A stretch of 57,504 nt of DNA from a virus (taxonomy: Duplodnaviria > Caudoviricetes). Below the pieces are notes generated by a model that did not search any database, had not been told where the DNA came from, and saw only the letters and a program-made list of their open reading frames with translations. Positions 45,559 through 55,286 of the stretch are shown one piece after another. The position numbers and the translations under genes were made by a program. Location: positions 1 through 57,504 of the IMG/VR virus record IMGVR_UViG_3300048636_000153, one strand, 5' to 3'. The first letter of the stretch is position 1. Every line of letters begins with the position of its first letter.

Positions 45559-48500
45559 TGGCAACGTCAGCAATTGATAGCGCAGACCTGCTTAAATTGC
45601 GCGGGTCACAACAGGTCGAACGCCTGGACATATACGCTGTGAAGGCTGAAACCGTTGCCACTGCGACCATTACTGCTGTGCCTGCTAGCTTCCCATTCGT
45701 GCAGGTCACAGTGGGCAGCACAAGCAACTGGTCAGACGTTGAGGTCGGTATGCTGGTGCATATCCACAACAGTGGCACGACACGCTGCTATGCTGTGGTC
45801 AGGAAGTCGCCGTTATCAGACACGCTGTATATATCGACCACCTATTCAGGCTCACCGGGCTACCCGCAGCTTATCGAAAGCGTCGTGCAGGTAGGTGATA
45901 GCGTAACGATCTATAAGCATCTGCCGCCCTGGGGTATGTATTCCACCATTCAGGAACGGGTATTCTACATGCAGTGGGATGTGCCCTACACTGACCAGAA
46001 CATTAGTCCACCACCTGTTGCCAATGCTGGTCCCTGGCAGGGGGCGAAAATTGCAGTGGGCGGTAGTGCCAGCTTCACGCTACCTAAAGGCAGCAGCAAC
46101 ACGTCCTATTCAATCAACGACGCCTCCATTGTGGGTGGCTATCAGTGGGAACTGCCAACGGGTGTGACGCTCACCAGCGGAATGCTCACAAGCGCAGTCA
46201 TAGGCGTGAGTGCAACCGCAGGCCAGCACCTTATCAAGCTGACCATTACCGACGAGAACAGCAAAGTCAGCGTAGCTTACACATGGCTATTCGTTGCTGA
46301 CGGTGTGAATTATACGTCGCTGGATCAGGACTACACACTCACAGGCGCTAGCATATCCCGCACGCGGGAAGGCCACGAGGCCACATTGAATATCGTGTGC
46401 AATGACTACGACCTGCTACCTAGCACAGGCGTGCTTATTCAGGAGGTCGCGCACTTCGACGGCGGCGCGCTGACAGCAGGCGTGCTGCTAGACACGTTCA
46501 TTGGCTATGTGTCCGAACTGGACATCTCGCACGATAGCGAGATAGGCGAGATAGAGCTAACCGTCTTGGGGCCAAAGCCATACGCCAAGCATGTGGTACA
46601 TGTGGCGCAATATGTGGAAGGCGTCAACAGCACACCCACTAATTGGGCAGAGGTCAACTATATCATCAGCAATAATGAGTTCACGCTCTATCATTGCATG
46701 AAGTGGCTGTGTCCGAACATGCTTGCTATGCATGACTTCGATGCAGGCAACCATGCCTACAATGAACCGTATGTTGGTATCCACAACTATGAAGGCACAA
46801 ACTTAGCCGCCGCGATGGACTTAGCCGCACGCAACCTGCTGGGCAACGTGGGCAGCGCTGCAGATGGTACGATAGTGCTGCGTAAAAACCCAATTTACAG
46901 GGACACCACTACACGCAACGCTGTCGCAGTGCTGATGACCATTGATGCACGCGACCTTCTGAAGGGCGTTATTAGGTGGCTAAAGCGCCAAACAAGCGCC
47001 ATGATGGAGGTCAAGACAAGCTGCATAAATTGGTCTGGTGAGAACACCACAAAGGGTTGGCTGGGCTGGAAGCGCTGGTATCAGGGCACGGCCTCTGATG
47101 AATTACCATCCTTTTATGTGACACCCGCAGAGGGACTTGCAGAGCTACTTCGTGTCACAGGCCACTTTATGGCAGAGAAGAACAGCCCATACGGGCCAAC
47201 ACCCACGCCCTATGCCTACAACCTGGACGTATTCGACCCGGTATACCTGCTGTGGTCGCGTTATGACTATGATGCCTCATTCGATCCAACGGGCATAGGC
47301 TTTGACAGCAACCGTATTCAACATCAGTCAGTGAGTGTAGAGTATGGCCTGGATGATGGAGATATTACCAAGTTCGTCACAGGCACCATTGTTCATGAGA
47401 CGTTTGGGCTACCGGGTGAAGAGCGTATCATTGGTAGCAGTAGCCTGCTCAGCAACCCTGACTATGAGCCTTACAGTCCTGGTAACGACAAACTGCCCAC
47501 CGCCATGCACATCGTCAACGATGCAGGCGCATGGGCCAACACCTACACCGCACAGTCTGCATCGCCACAATGGAACAACCTGAGCAGCAAAGTTACAGGC
47601 ACCGTCTGCGACATTTGCATTGACTGGGGCAGTCCGGGCTTCACAGGCAGCAACGACAGCCTAGCCATTGGCATGTATGTGGTTAGCATCAGCGGTACGA
47701 CTGTTTACCTGTATTGCGTGTACGACATCTATGCTGCGAACATCGTGGTAAGTGAGGTCGAAACGTGGACGATGGCAGATACCACAGCCACCACGAACGC
47801 ACAGGTGCGCGTGAGTAAGTATGCGCCGGAGCACATCGCAGTGGGTGTGAAGGATGGCACGGGCATTAAGGTGGCGCGGTCGTCAAATAGTGGTAGCACA
47901 TTTGGATCACTGACGCAAATTGGCAGCAGTATCACCGACGACAGCTATAACAACAATGCGCCATTTGGCATGGCTTATGACCTAGAATTTTTGTACGTGC
48001 CGGGACCAGACGGCACAGGCGAGTATGGCATCTATATGGCAGAGGGTACAGGCAGCTTTAGCGCACTGTCTTCAACGCCACGCTATCAGTCACCACCAAC
48101 AGCTATTGCGATAGATGGCAATGGCGACCTATATGTCAGCTTCACAACCTATGCAGAGGAAACCATAAGCATCCCGTTTGGTGGTGTTGGGCATACCAAC
48201 TACTCACTAGATAGCACTATAGCGCAGATCACAACCACCGAAGAAACCACAGGTGGCAACCCATCAGATCACATGCAGGTTGATGTGACAGCCGACTACA
48301 CCAGCCCTACCGTGCAGCGTGGGCGCATTGACATCGACGGCTTTCCAAACGGCGCGTATATCAAGCGTATTGAATTGGATGCAAAGTGGGATAGCGCAGG
48401 CGGCACGCGCAATATCATCGCAAGCGGCCTTAATGGTGGCAATGTAACCATCGCTGACGTCACAGGTGCAGCGCCTTCTATATGGACAGAATACGGTGCA

Positions 48501-48998
48501 AATGTTCGCCGCACACTGTCGTCAACTGATCTTATCATCGCCATTGCACCGGGTATCACCGCAGCCAGCGACGCGGCCTATATTGACAATATCGTTGTCA
48601 CCTATCGATCGCAAACGCCTGCTATCTACTACTGCGAATTGCCAAGCAGTTCGCCTTCGTGGACGAATGTAAGCCCATACACAGGCGCATATTGTAAGTA
48701 TCCTGGTGGCCTTGCAGTAGACCGCGCAAACAATGACAACATCGAATGCATGACCTACGACGACGATACCGAGGTAGGTGAATGGTGGTACAGCACAGAC
48801 GCCGCGCAAACGTGGTCACAAGAGAGCGATGACACCGACTACCGCTTCGTTGAGCGCAGTGCTGAGTTTATCCTACTCGCAGGCGATGACGCGCTAGCCA
48901 CTACAACCGACGATGGCACAGTCATTGACAGCCGCATTGGCAACCTAGGCAGCGTCATTACCGTAAGCGAGATCAAGCGCGTCGTGCATACGCAATAG
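45558..48998 (+). CDS. Tail tip/hub protein with PKD-like and propeller-like domains
   Basis: 1146 aa; PPVANAG...YQW PKD-like segment; S.D.G.TW/F Asp-box motifs. Confidence 0.65.
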   Translation: MATSAIDSADLLKLRGSQQVERLDIYAVKAETVATATITAVPASFPFVQVTVGSTSNWSDVEVGMLVHIHNSGTTRCYAVVRKSPLSDTLYISTTYSGSPGYPQLIESVVQVGDSVTIYKHLPPWGMYSTIQERVFYMQWDVPYTDQNISPPPVANAGPWQGAKIAVGGSASFTLPKGSSNTSYSINDASIVGGYQWELPTGVTLTSGMLTSAVIGVSATAGQHLIKLTITDENSKVSVAYTWLFVADGVNYTSLDQDYTLTGASISRTREGHEATLNIVCNDYDLLPSTGVLIQEVAHFDGGALTAGVLLDTFIGYVSELDISHDSEIGEIELTVLGPKPYAKHVVHVAQYVEGVNSTPTNWAEVNYIISNNEFTLYHCMKWLCPNMLAMHDFDAGNHAYNEPYVGIHNYEGTNLAAAMDLAARNLLGNVGSAADGTIVLRKNPIYRDTTTRNAVAVLMTIDARDLLKGVIRWLKRQTSAMMEVKTSCINWSGENTTKGWLGWKRWYQGTASDELPSFYVTPAEGLAELLRVTGHFMAEKNSPYGPTPTPYAYNLDVFDPVYLLWSRYDYDASFDPTGIGFDSNRIQHQSVSVEYGLDDGDITKFVTGTIVHETFGLPGEERIIGSSSLLSNPDYEPYSPGNDKLPTAMHIVNDAGAWANTYTAQSASPQWNNLSSKVTGTVCDICIDWGSPGFTGSNDSLAIGMYVVSISGTTVYLYCVYDIYAANIVVSEVETWTMADTTATTNAQVRVSKYAPEHIAVGVKDGTGIKVARSSNSGSTFGSLTQIGSSITDDSYNNNAPFGMAYDLEFLYVPGPDGTGEYGIYMAEGTGSFSALSSTPRYQSPPTAIAIDGNGDLYVSFTTYAEETISIPFGGVGHTNYSLDSTIAQITTTEETTGGNPSDHMQVDVTADYTSPTVQRGRIDIDGFPNGAYIKRIELDAKWDSAGGTRNIIASGLNGGNVTIADVTGAAPSIWTEYGANVRRTLSSTDLIIAIAPGITAASDAAYIDNIVVTYRSQTPAIYYCELPSSSPSWTNVSPYTGAYCKYPGGLAVDRANNDNIECMTYDDDTEVGEWWYSTDAAQTWSQESDDTDYRFVERSAEFILLAGDDALATTTDDGTVIDSRIGNLGSVITVSEIKRVVHTQ

Positions 48999-49005
48999 GT
49001 GAACC

Positions 49006-50520
49006 ATGACCATATCGTACAAACTGCCCGACTTCCAAAAAGATCTTGAGATCGAACTAGGCGACAGCGTGCGCCAGTCCGTGACCCGCGTGGTTGGCAA
49101 CCCCTTGACCCGCGATGTCTACACAGATCAGACGCGCACAGAACTGTATATCCGTGAACCGGGCAGCGATGCGGTTGTGATCGCTGCCAATGGCAGGCTT
49201 GGCTTCAACTTCGAGTATGATAATGTGGTCGAAGTCAAGTACCTGAGCATCGGGCCAATGGTCGTTGGTATCGATCCAACCGCCGCAAAGCCGTTCTATC
49301 AGTCAAGGCCACCTATCCCGCCGCAGATCGTCAACATGAGCGACATCCGCTATGGTGGCATGGTGAAGCCCACCAACCCGCCTTCGATGCGTGTGTACGT
49401 GACCGGGTTCACCTATTGGTACAACGGTGCTTGGCACTACCAAAAACCCATGCTGACAGACTTCTTTAACACGTCACCATTGGACACCGAGAGCAGCGCT
49501 ATCGATGTGCCAACCACGCCCAACCAAGCTATCGCGGTACTGATCCAGTATGACCCATCTGACAACACGCTGAGCTATAAGCAGACCAGCAGCGCTTACG
49601 ATGCATCCAACCTGCTTGAAGACATGTTTGGCAGTGTGCCCGTCCCTGATACGCAGCACATCCCGCTAGACATCATCGCGCTATCCAATGGCATGACCGC
49701 TATCACACAAGACCCGCACAAAATGTTCAACAAGGCGGCATGGGCTTGGATACCGGGCCTACAAGACATCGTAGGCGTAGGCGACATATCAGCAGCTACC
49801 GAAGGCGACGTGCTTGTATTCGACTCAGGCGGTAATGTCGTGCCGGGTGCAGCAAGTGGCGGTGCAGAGAACTACGCTGACCTGGGTGATGTGGATACAA
49901 CCAACATCGAAGATGGCACGCTTGCTGTGTATCGGTCAGGCACAGGCAATTGGGAGATGCTCACGCCGGGCAATGAGTCAGATACGTTGGCTATTAGCAG
50001 TGGTATACCATCATGGCAACCAACAGGTGAACTAGGCGGTTGGGAAGCCTACATGCCTGCGGGTATCTTCTCTGTTGAGGATCAGAGCATTAGCGCAGGT
50101 AGTCAAAATGTGATTGTACCGTCGCCAATTGAAGACGATTGGGACATGTGGGACTCAGGCGGTCAGTTTATTGGCTTCAAAGGCGTCGATGATGACCGTG
50201 TGGGTTACTACTACACTTTGACAGCAACAATAACCTATAAGCAAGACTTCACCACACCGCAGGCAGGTGCAGGTTTTCGTGGTTGGGCAGCATGGCGTGT
50301 GGATGGTGGTTCGGTCGTTGAGGTAGATAAGGTACATACAGGGTATTTGTTCAAAGAAGACCCAACCACATTTACAGTATCCAAGCTATTGACAACGGGC
50401 GCAAGCAAGTACGCCGAGCTTGTTGTCTTTTACGACAGCGCCTACACAGGCGTGACACTAACAGTAGACGTAAAGATAGAAGTGGTCGCGCAGCTGGGCG
50501 GCATTATCTCAACGTCATAA
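49006..50520 (+). CDS. Tail fibre / receptor-binding protein
   Basis: GDVLVFD...G and DLGDVD...DG.L.VY....GNW fibre repeats. Confidence 0.6.
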   Translation: MTISYKLPDFQKDLEIELGDSVRQSVTRVVGNPLTRDVYTDQTRTELYIREPGSDAVVIAANGRLGFNFEYDNVVEVKYLSIGPMVVGIDPTAAKPFYQSRPPIPPQIVNMSDIRYGGMVKPTNPPSMRVYVTGFTYWYNGAWHYQKPMLTDFFNTSPLDTESSAIDVPTTPNQAIAVLIQYDPSDNTLSYKQTSSAYDASNLLEDMFGSVPVPDTQHIPLDIIALSNGMTAITQDPHKMFNKAAWAWIPGLQDIVGVGDISAATEGDVLVFDSGGNVVPGAASGGAENYADLGDVDTTNIEDGTLAVYRSGTGNWEMLTPGNESDTLAISSGIPSWQPTGELGGWEAYMPAGIFSVEDQSISAGSQNVIVPSPIEDDWDMWDSGGQFIGFKGVDDDRVGYYYTLTATITYKQDFTTPQAGAGFRGWAAWRVDGGSVVEVDKVHTGYLFKEDPTTFTVSKLLTTGASKYAELVVFYDSAYTGVTLTVDVKIEVVAQLGGIISTS

Positions 50521-50700
50521 CACATAACAACTTGTAAACAATTAATAAGCATCAACAAAATGATGCTATCATAAGATGAGCGCTTGCTAGCGATGTGGTT
50601 GCTCCCGTAACCCGCCACGTTGGTAAGCGCTTTTCAATTGGCGAATACGGGAGATTTTCGCATGTACTATCAACTGTTGGATCAAGCATTGGAGCAATTC

Positions 50701-51318
50701 ATGGACGCGGAAACCATAAGCGCATTCCAGAAGCTTCTGGAAACGGGCAGCGTGGCAGTAGTTGCTGTGGTGCTTGGCATTGCAATTATACAGCTACTAC
50801 GTATCGGCTGGCGCGTTGTGGAGCAAGGGCGCACAGCACAGAACCAGAACGCAGAGTCATTGCAACAGAATGCAAAGGCCATCGAAATATTAGACCGTCA
50901 GCAAAAAAGTATTGACACATTGGTCGATACCGCTGCGCGTATCGAAGGCCAAGCCTCAAGCGCAGCCACCTACTCTTTCAAGAGCGTTGAGAGTGGCGAA
51001 GCCGTGCTGCGTGAGCTTGATGTTATCAAGCAGCTTATCAAGGTTAGCACGCAAGACATCCTCAACGCACAGCACGACCACGAAGGCAAGGCCATGAATC
51101 GCCAGACAGGCACAACATCTGTGCTTGATAACATGAAGTCCGAAGTGCTGCGTATCAATCAGGCGCTATCTGAAACCAAGCAATTCTTTTCAGGCGAAAC
51201 AGAAGACTTGCGCGGATACATGCGACAGATCAAGCGCTATACGATGCCTGCCGACACATCAGAGCTTGCCGCACCGCAGAAACCGTCCGACGCAGAGGAT
51301 ATGCCCAAGGCATCCTAG
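50701..51318 (+). CDS. Single-TM coiled-coil membrane protein (lysis module)
   Basis: SVAVVAVVLGIAIIQLL; GGAG RBS before ATG 50701. Confidence 0.55.
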   Translation: MDAETISAFQKLLETGSVAVVAVVLGIAIIQLLRIGWRVVEQGRTAQNQNAESLQQNAKAIEILDRQQKSIDTLVDTAARIEGQASSAATYSFKSVESGEAVLRELDVIKQLIKVSTQDILNAQHDHEGKAMNRQTGTTSVLDNMKSEVLRINQALSETKQFFSGETEDLRGYMRQIKRYTMPADTSELAAPQKPSDAEDMPKAS

Positions 51319-51556
51319 CTAGCATTCCCGACACGGTAGCGGTGGCCCCCTATCCCCGCCGCTTACCGTATATAAATACAAACATTAACAGTACGTTTTC
51401 TAATATAATTTATAGAATAAACGTGCTATAATATTCGCAACATAGGAGTCCCCTTCAGGACTACACTCACCCAAGCCCCCTACCCCCACAGGGGGCTTCT
51501 CTATTTAATGCGTTATTACGAAGGCTTAAGCCAAACTGTATACAGGAGAACACAAC

Positions 51557-52051
51557 ATGGATATTATCGGTGCTGTAAGTCAAGCAGAAGCATTGCTTCT
51601 AATCGCTATTGGTTTGTCAGGCGCGGTCACTGGTCTGATCGACACATTGAAGCCCACCCTGTTCGATCCCATTGGTGAGATGTTGTCAGAGGGTGCGCGC
51701 CTTGTCTTCATGTATATTTCGCGCTTCTTTATCAGCATTATCTTCGTGTCAATGTCTACGCAAATCGCGGAAGTGCGCGATGCAGCGCCCATCCTGGCTG
51801 AAGTGGACAATGCCATCATCGTCATTGCGATGTCGCTGTTTGTCATCCTTGGTAGCGAAGTGCTGCACCAATTCGCTGATATTCTGCGTGCTTTCAAGGA
51901 ATCATTGGAAGGTGTGCAGGGTGGTGACAGTGATGAACAGGAAGTTACTGTATTACGTGCTGAGATCGAAGGTTTGAAGGAAGCACGCAAGACAGACATT
52001 GTGTCTCTGAAACGCGCTATTGAAGATGCACGTAGACCACAGGCGGGTTGA
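51557..52051 (+). CDS. Holin-like protein
   Basis: Three hydrophobic segments, charged C-terminus, upstream of the putative endolysin. Confidence 0.55.
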   Translation: MDIIGAVSQAEALLLIAIGLSGAVTGLIDTLKPTLFDPIGEMLSEGARLVFMYISRFFISIIFVSMSTQIAEVRDAAPILAEVDNAIIVIAMSLFVILGSEVLHQFADILRAFKESLEGVQGGDSDEQEVTVLRAEIEGLKEARKTDIVSLKRAIEDARRPQAG

Positions 52052-52052
52052 T

Positions 52053-52304
52053 ATGCCTATCTATGACTCTTGGCCTGCTAAGCAGGGATCGTTAACCATC
52101 ACTTCACCTCAAATGCACTTATGCCCTAAGTGCGGCGTTTGGTATGGTTACCATGACTCACATACATGCTGGAAGCCTGACCCTGTAGAAGACCCTGTGA
52201 CTGCATTTGACTACATCCACAACCAAGCGCTAATTAACAGCATCAACAGGCTTGCTGACAGCATAGATAAGTTGTGCAAGCTACTTGAGGACAAAGGTGC
52301 ATAA
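52053..52304 (+). CDS. Small Zn-finger-like protein
   Basis: CPKCG.......H.C. Confidence 0.5.
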   Translation: MPIYDSWPAKQGSLTITSPQMHLCPKCGVWYGYHDSHTCWKPDPVEDPVTAFDYIHNQALINSINRLADSIDKLCKLLEDKGA

Positions 52305-54040
52305 TGCTCACCTTCCCCGACTATGGCATGGGCCGCGTCATTCGCGGCTCACGCTTCCATTGGAATGTGAACGGTCTAGCAATAAAAGATATGGGCCGTT
52401 TTCTTGCTCATGCTGATGCCACCAAGCCAACGCTCATCACCTTGATGGATAACTCCGCGCTGTCGCATCAGTTGCAAGAGCGCTTGCCTGATAGCATCAT
52501 CATCGACCGCCATTACTTTCCTGAAGACACGCAACTATGGCGCTCATGGTCAGTCAAGAAAGCCGCTGACTACATCCGCAGCACCACGCCCAAGAACTGG
52601 AAGGGCTTTAGGCTGCTGAGTAATGAGCCTAGCACCGATGACCCACGCGTTCCGGGCTTTGACGCTGAATTATTTGACGAGGCTGCGCGCTGGCATCTGG
52701 ACTTGCAAGAGGAACTAGGCACAGACTACCGACAGATCACAGGCTTTGCTGTCACTAAGTCCTATGATCTGGGTAAGATCAGTAGCGGCGATATGGACTT
52801 CTTTGTGCGCGGCCTGGATAAATGGCGCGGCTATTTGCTGCATGGCGTGACTGATTATGTATTTGGTCATGCGCCTGCATACTTCATGCATGACTTCCCC
52901 GCAAACCTATTCGACAAGGATCGTCTGCAAAAAAGCAACTGGCCTGAGTCAATAGACTTAGGTGGCCCGGGTAATTATCCTGAGTTATGGAACTTGCTAC
53001 GCTGGCACTGGATCGATATTCGCAGGCAGGAGCTAGGCATTGAGACACCTATACCGCTGGTCATCATTGAGTGCGTGCATGACAAGATCGAAGCCAACAG
53101 GTCATACAGTGGCACGACATTAGAACAGGCATTCCGCGCTAAGTATGGCGGTGATAGCGAAGGCTTCTGGACGCTTAAGAACTTCCTTGAAAAGACGTAT
53201 CCATATCAGTCATGGGAGCATAGCCTTGCTGACCAGTTCGAGTATATGGATAAGGTCTATCCCGACTACTGCTTAGGCATGAATATCTTTACGTGGTCAG
53301 CGCATGACCGATGGGCTGCATTCAATGGTGACAGCCTATTCACTTTGCAGGCGCGCATTGAAGCGCTGCCGGAACGTGTCTATGATCCTGCATATAAGGA
53401 CGATGAACCTATGCCATTACCGACATTCCCCACCTACCCTAGCGACAAGTGGCAAGCGGTGACGGTGCGACCACTAGACACCAATGACTTCTTCAATGTT
53501 CGCAGTGAGCCTAGCACACGTGGCGGTGGTAGCAAGCCCGGTGAAGGCACAATTATTCGTCGCGTTGAGGTCGAAACGCTTGTCAAGCTAAACCACCAAG
53601 AGAAACATACGCGCACGGAGCCAAACGGCATTACCTACACATGGGCCTGTATGCGCTTCAGTGATGGCACGTTTGGATGGGCCGCTGACACGGTATTCAC
53701 AACTGTTGTTGAGGCTGAGCCGGAACCAGAGCCAACACCGGACCCAGACCCGACGCCCGGACCCACGCCGCCTGTGATCGACTTCATGCCATTAGAGATC
53801 ATGATGAACCTGCCTGTGAACTACTGGACACCAGAGCAGCGCAAGGAAGTCGGCAAGCAAATGGTGCTAGAAGGCTATGCTAAGGTAGCGCTTGGTTATG
53901 CGCTGCAAGATAAGCTGTATAGCCCGACCATCATCGATAATGCATCGGTTGTAGATAAAGTCGTCGCGCAGGCAAGGAAGAAGATCACACAGACGATGTA
54001 TGGCATCAAGGCTGACGATGTGGAGGATGACATAGCATGA
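52304..54040 (+). CDS. Putative endolysin: glycoside-hydrolase-like domain, SH3-like domain and Pro-rich linker
   Basis: SNEP and LVIIEC (GH-A-like glutamates), FNVRSEPST...TW.......FGWAA SH3b-like segment, PEPEPEPTPDPDPTP linker. Confidence 0.5.
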   Translation: MLTFPDYGMGRVIRGSRFHWNVNGLAIKDMGRFLAHADATKPTLITLMDNSALSHQLQERLPDSIIIDRHYFPEDTQLWRSWSVKKAADYIRSTTPKNWKGFRLLSNEPSTDDPRVPGFDAELFDEAARWHLDLQEELGTDYRQITGFAVTKSYDLGKISSGDMDFFVRGLDKWRGYLLHGVTDYVFGHAPAYFMHDFPANLFDKDRLQKSNWPESIDLGGPGNYPELWNLLRWHWIDIRRQELGIETPIPLVIIECVHDKIEANRSYSGTTLEQAFRAKYGGDSEGFWTLKNFLEKTYPYQSWEHSLADQFEYMDKVYPDYCLGMNIFTWSAHDRWAAFNGDSLFTLQARIEALPERVYDPAYKDDEPMPLPTFPTYPSDKWQAVTVRPLDTNDFFNVRSEPSTRGGGSKPGEGTIIRRVEVETLVKLNHQEKHTRTEPNGITYTWACMRFSDGTFGWAADTVFTTVVEAEPEPEPTPDPDPTPGPTPPVIDFMPLEIMMNLPVNYWTPEQRKEVGKQMVLEGYAKVALGYALQDKLYSPTIIDNASVVDKVVAQARKKITQTMYGIKADDVEDDIA

Positions 54041-54258
54041 GTATGTACGTTGACCCGCAGCACTACGCAGACGCGCTTGCAAATGCCAAGTCTTGTTACG
54101 ATTGGCTGCCGGAACGCATTGAACCCTGTGCTTACGAGACAGCGTACTACATGACCTATGGCGAACTGCCTGAGAACCACAGCGTCATTGAGTATGTGAT
54201 CGCAGAGGAAGGCGCTGACTTGGTATTCGTACACTATGGCACAGGTGACGACGCATGA
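54037..54258 (+). CDS. Hypothetical protein
   Basis: ATGA coupling. Confidence 0.5.
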   Translation: MSMYVDPQHYADALANAKSCYDWLPERIEPCAYETAYYMTYGELPENHSVIEYVIAEEGADLVFVHYGTGDDA

Positions 54259-54470
54259 ATGATAACGTAGCAAAGGCCGCTTGCGGTGCTGAGTACGACA
54301 GCGAAACAGACACCATACAAATATGGACAACGTGCGCTGTCTCTACTCTCCAAGATGGCACAGGTGGTTGGTTCTCACTATCCAGGAATGACGCAATACA
54401 CCTTAAATACCTCATTGAGGAAGCGGTAGAAGAACAGCGCATACATAGAACAGGCGGACACATACAATGA
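54255..54470 (+). CDS. Hypothetical protein
   Basis: ATGA coupling. Confidence 0.5.
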   Translation: MNDNVAKAACGAEYDSETDTIQIWTTCAVSTLQDGTGGWFSLSRNDAIHLKYLIEEAVEEQRIHRTGGHIQ

Positions 54471-54622
54471 TAGCCTTCCTACTCGCATGGTTCGCTATCA
54501 GCCTGCCCGTGAGCCTGCTCATTGGCGCGTGGTTCGCACGTCTCCCGCAGGCGGGATATTAATTTGGTTTGATTGTTGTGGAGTTGGCTTAGAGGAATAG
54601 CTGACAGTGACACAACTATATC

Positions 54623-54651
54623 GCCCCGGTCATCATGACCGGGGCTTTTTT
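54623..54651 (+). terminator. Intrinsic terminator at the convergence of the late and leftward blocks
   Basis: Perfect inverted repeat GCCCCGGTCAT-C-ATGACCGGGGC followed by TTTTTT. Confidence 0.85.
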
Positions 54652-54668
54652 GTGTTTTAGGAGGCGAC

Positions 54669-55229
54669 CTATTTGGCAATAGCTTCCAAGTACAACACGT
54701 TATTCAGTTCATCGTGCCCAATGAGGAAGTAGCGACCTTGCAAATACCACTTGCGAACAACCACTGTAAATTCTTCGCGGGATGGCACGAATAAAGGATG
54801 CTCAGATATTGGTTGATCCCATACGTTAAGGCTATATGGCGTCGTAACTGTGAATTGCCCCGACTGCATCACAATGTTTTTGTAATGTTTAAATTCACTG
54901 ATCTTGGTATCGTTGTTCACCGGATGGTGTGTGATAAGTTCATCGTACATATCCCATCCGAATTGACGAACAACGGGCCATAGGATTTGATTGTACTCAG
55001 CCAGAGCGTGCATACCTTGTGCCTTGATGACTTCTAGGCTCTCTAGCTTTTTCGTCCATGAATCTTGCGCGTCGGGGTTCATAACGGCAACAATGTCAAC
55101 GTCCTGCCTCATGCTTGTGATCTCGGCCTGCGCGTTGTCCATTGCCTTCTTCACATCAATAGACGTCTGTGTCGCATGTGCTGGCGACTTTCTATAGAAT
55201 GCGTTGTGTTTAATATCCACACTTTTCAT
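54669..55229 (-). CDS. Hypothetical protein
   Basis: Start reassigned to ATG 55229 (AGGAG RBS). Confidence 0.6.
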   Translation of the reverse strand: MKSVDIKHNAFYRKSPAHATQTSIDVKKAMDNAQAEITSMRQDVDIVAVMNPDAQDSWTKKLESLEVIKAQGMHALAEYNQILWPVVRQFGWDMYDELITHHPVNNDTKISEFKHYKNIVMQSGQFTVTTPYSLNVWDQPISEHPLFVPSREEFTVVVRKWYLQGRYFLIGHDELNNVLYLEAIAK

Positions 55230-55286
55230 TCTAGCAGTTCTCCTGCTCACTATGCCCATTCATACCTAAACGTCACTTAAAACGCG

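Noticed and set aside
49540-49551. Self-targeting by the CRISPR spacer (CTGATCCAGTAT shared with the tail fibre gene)
   Set aside because: Only 12 contiguous nt match and the flanks disagree, which is compatible with chance.
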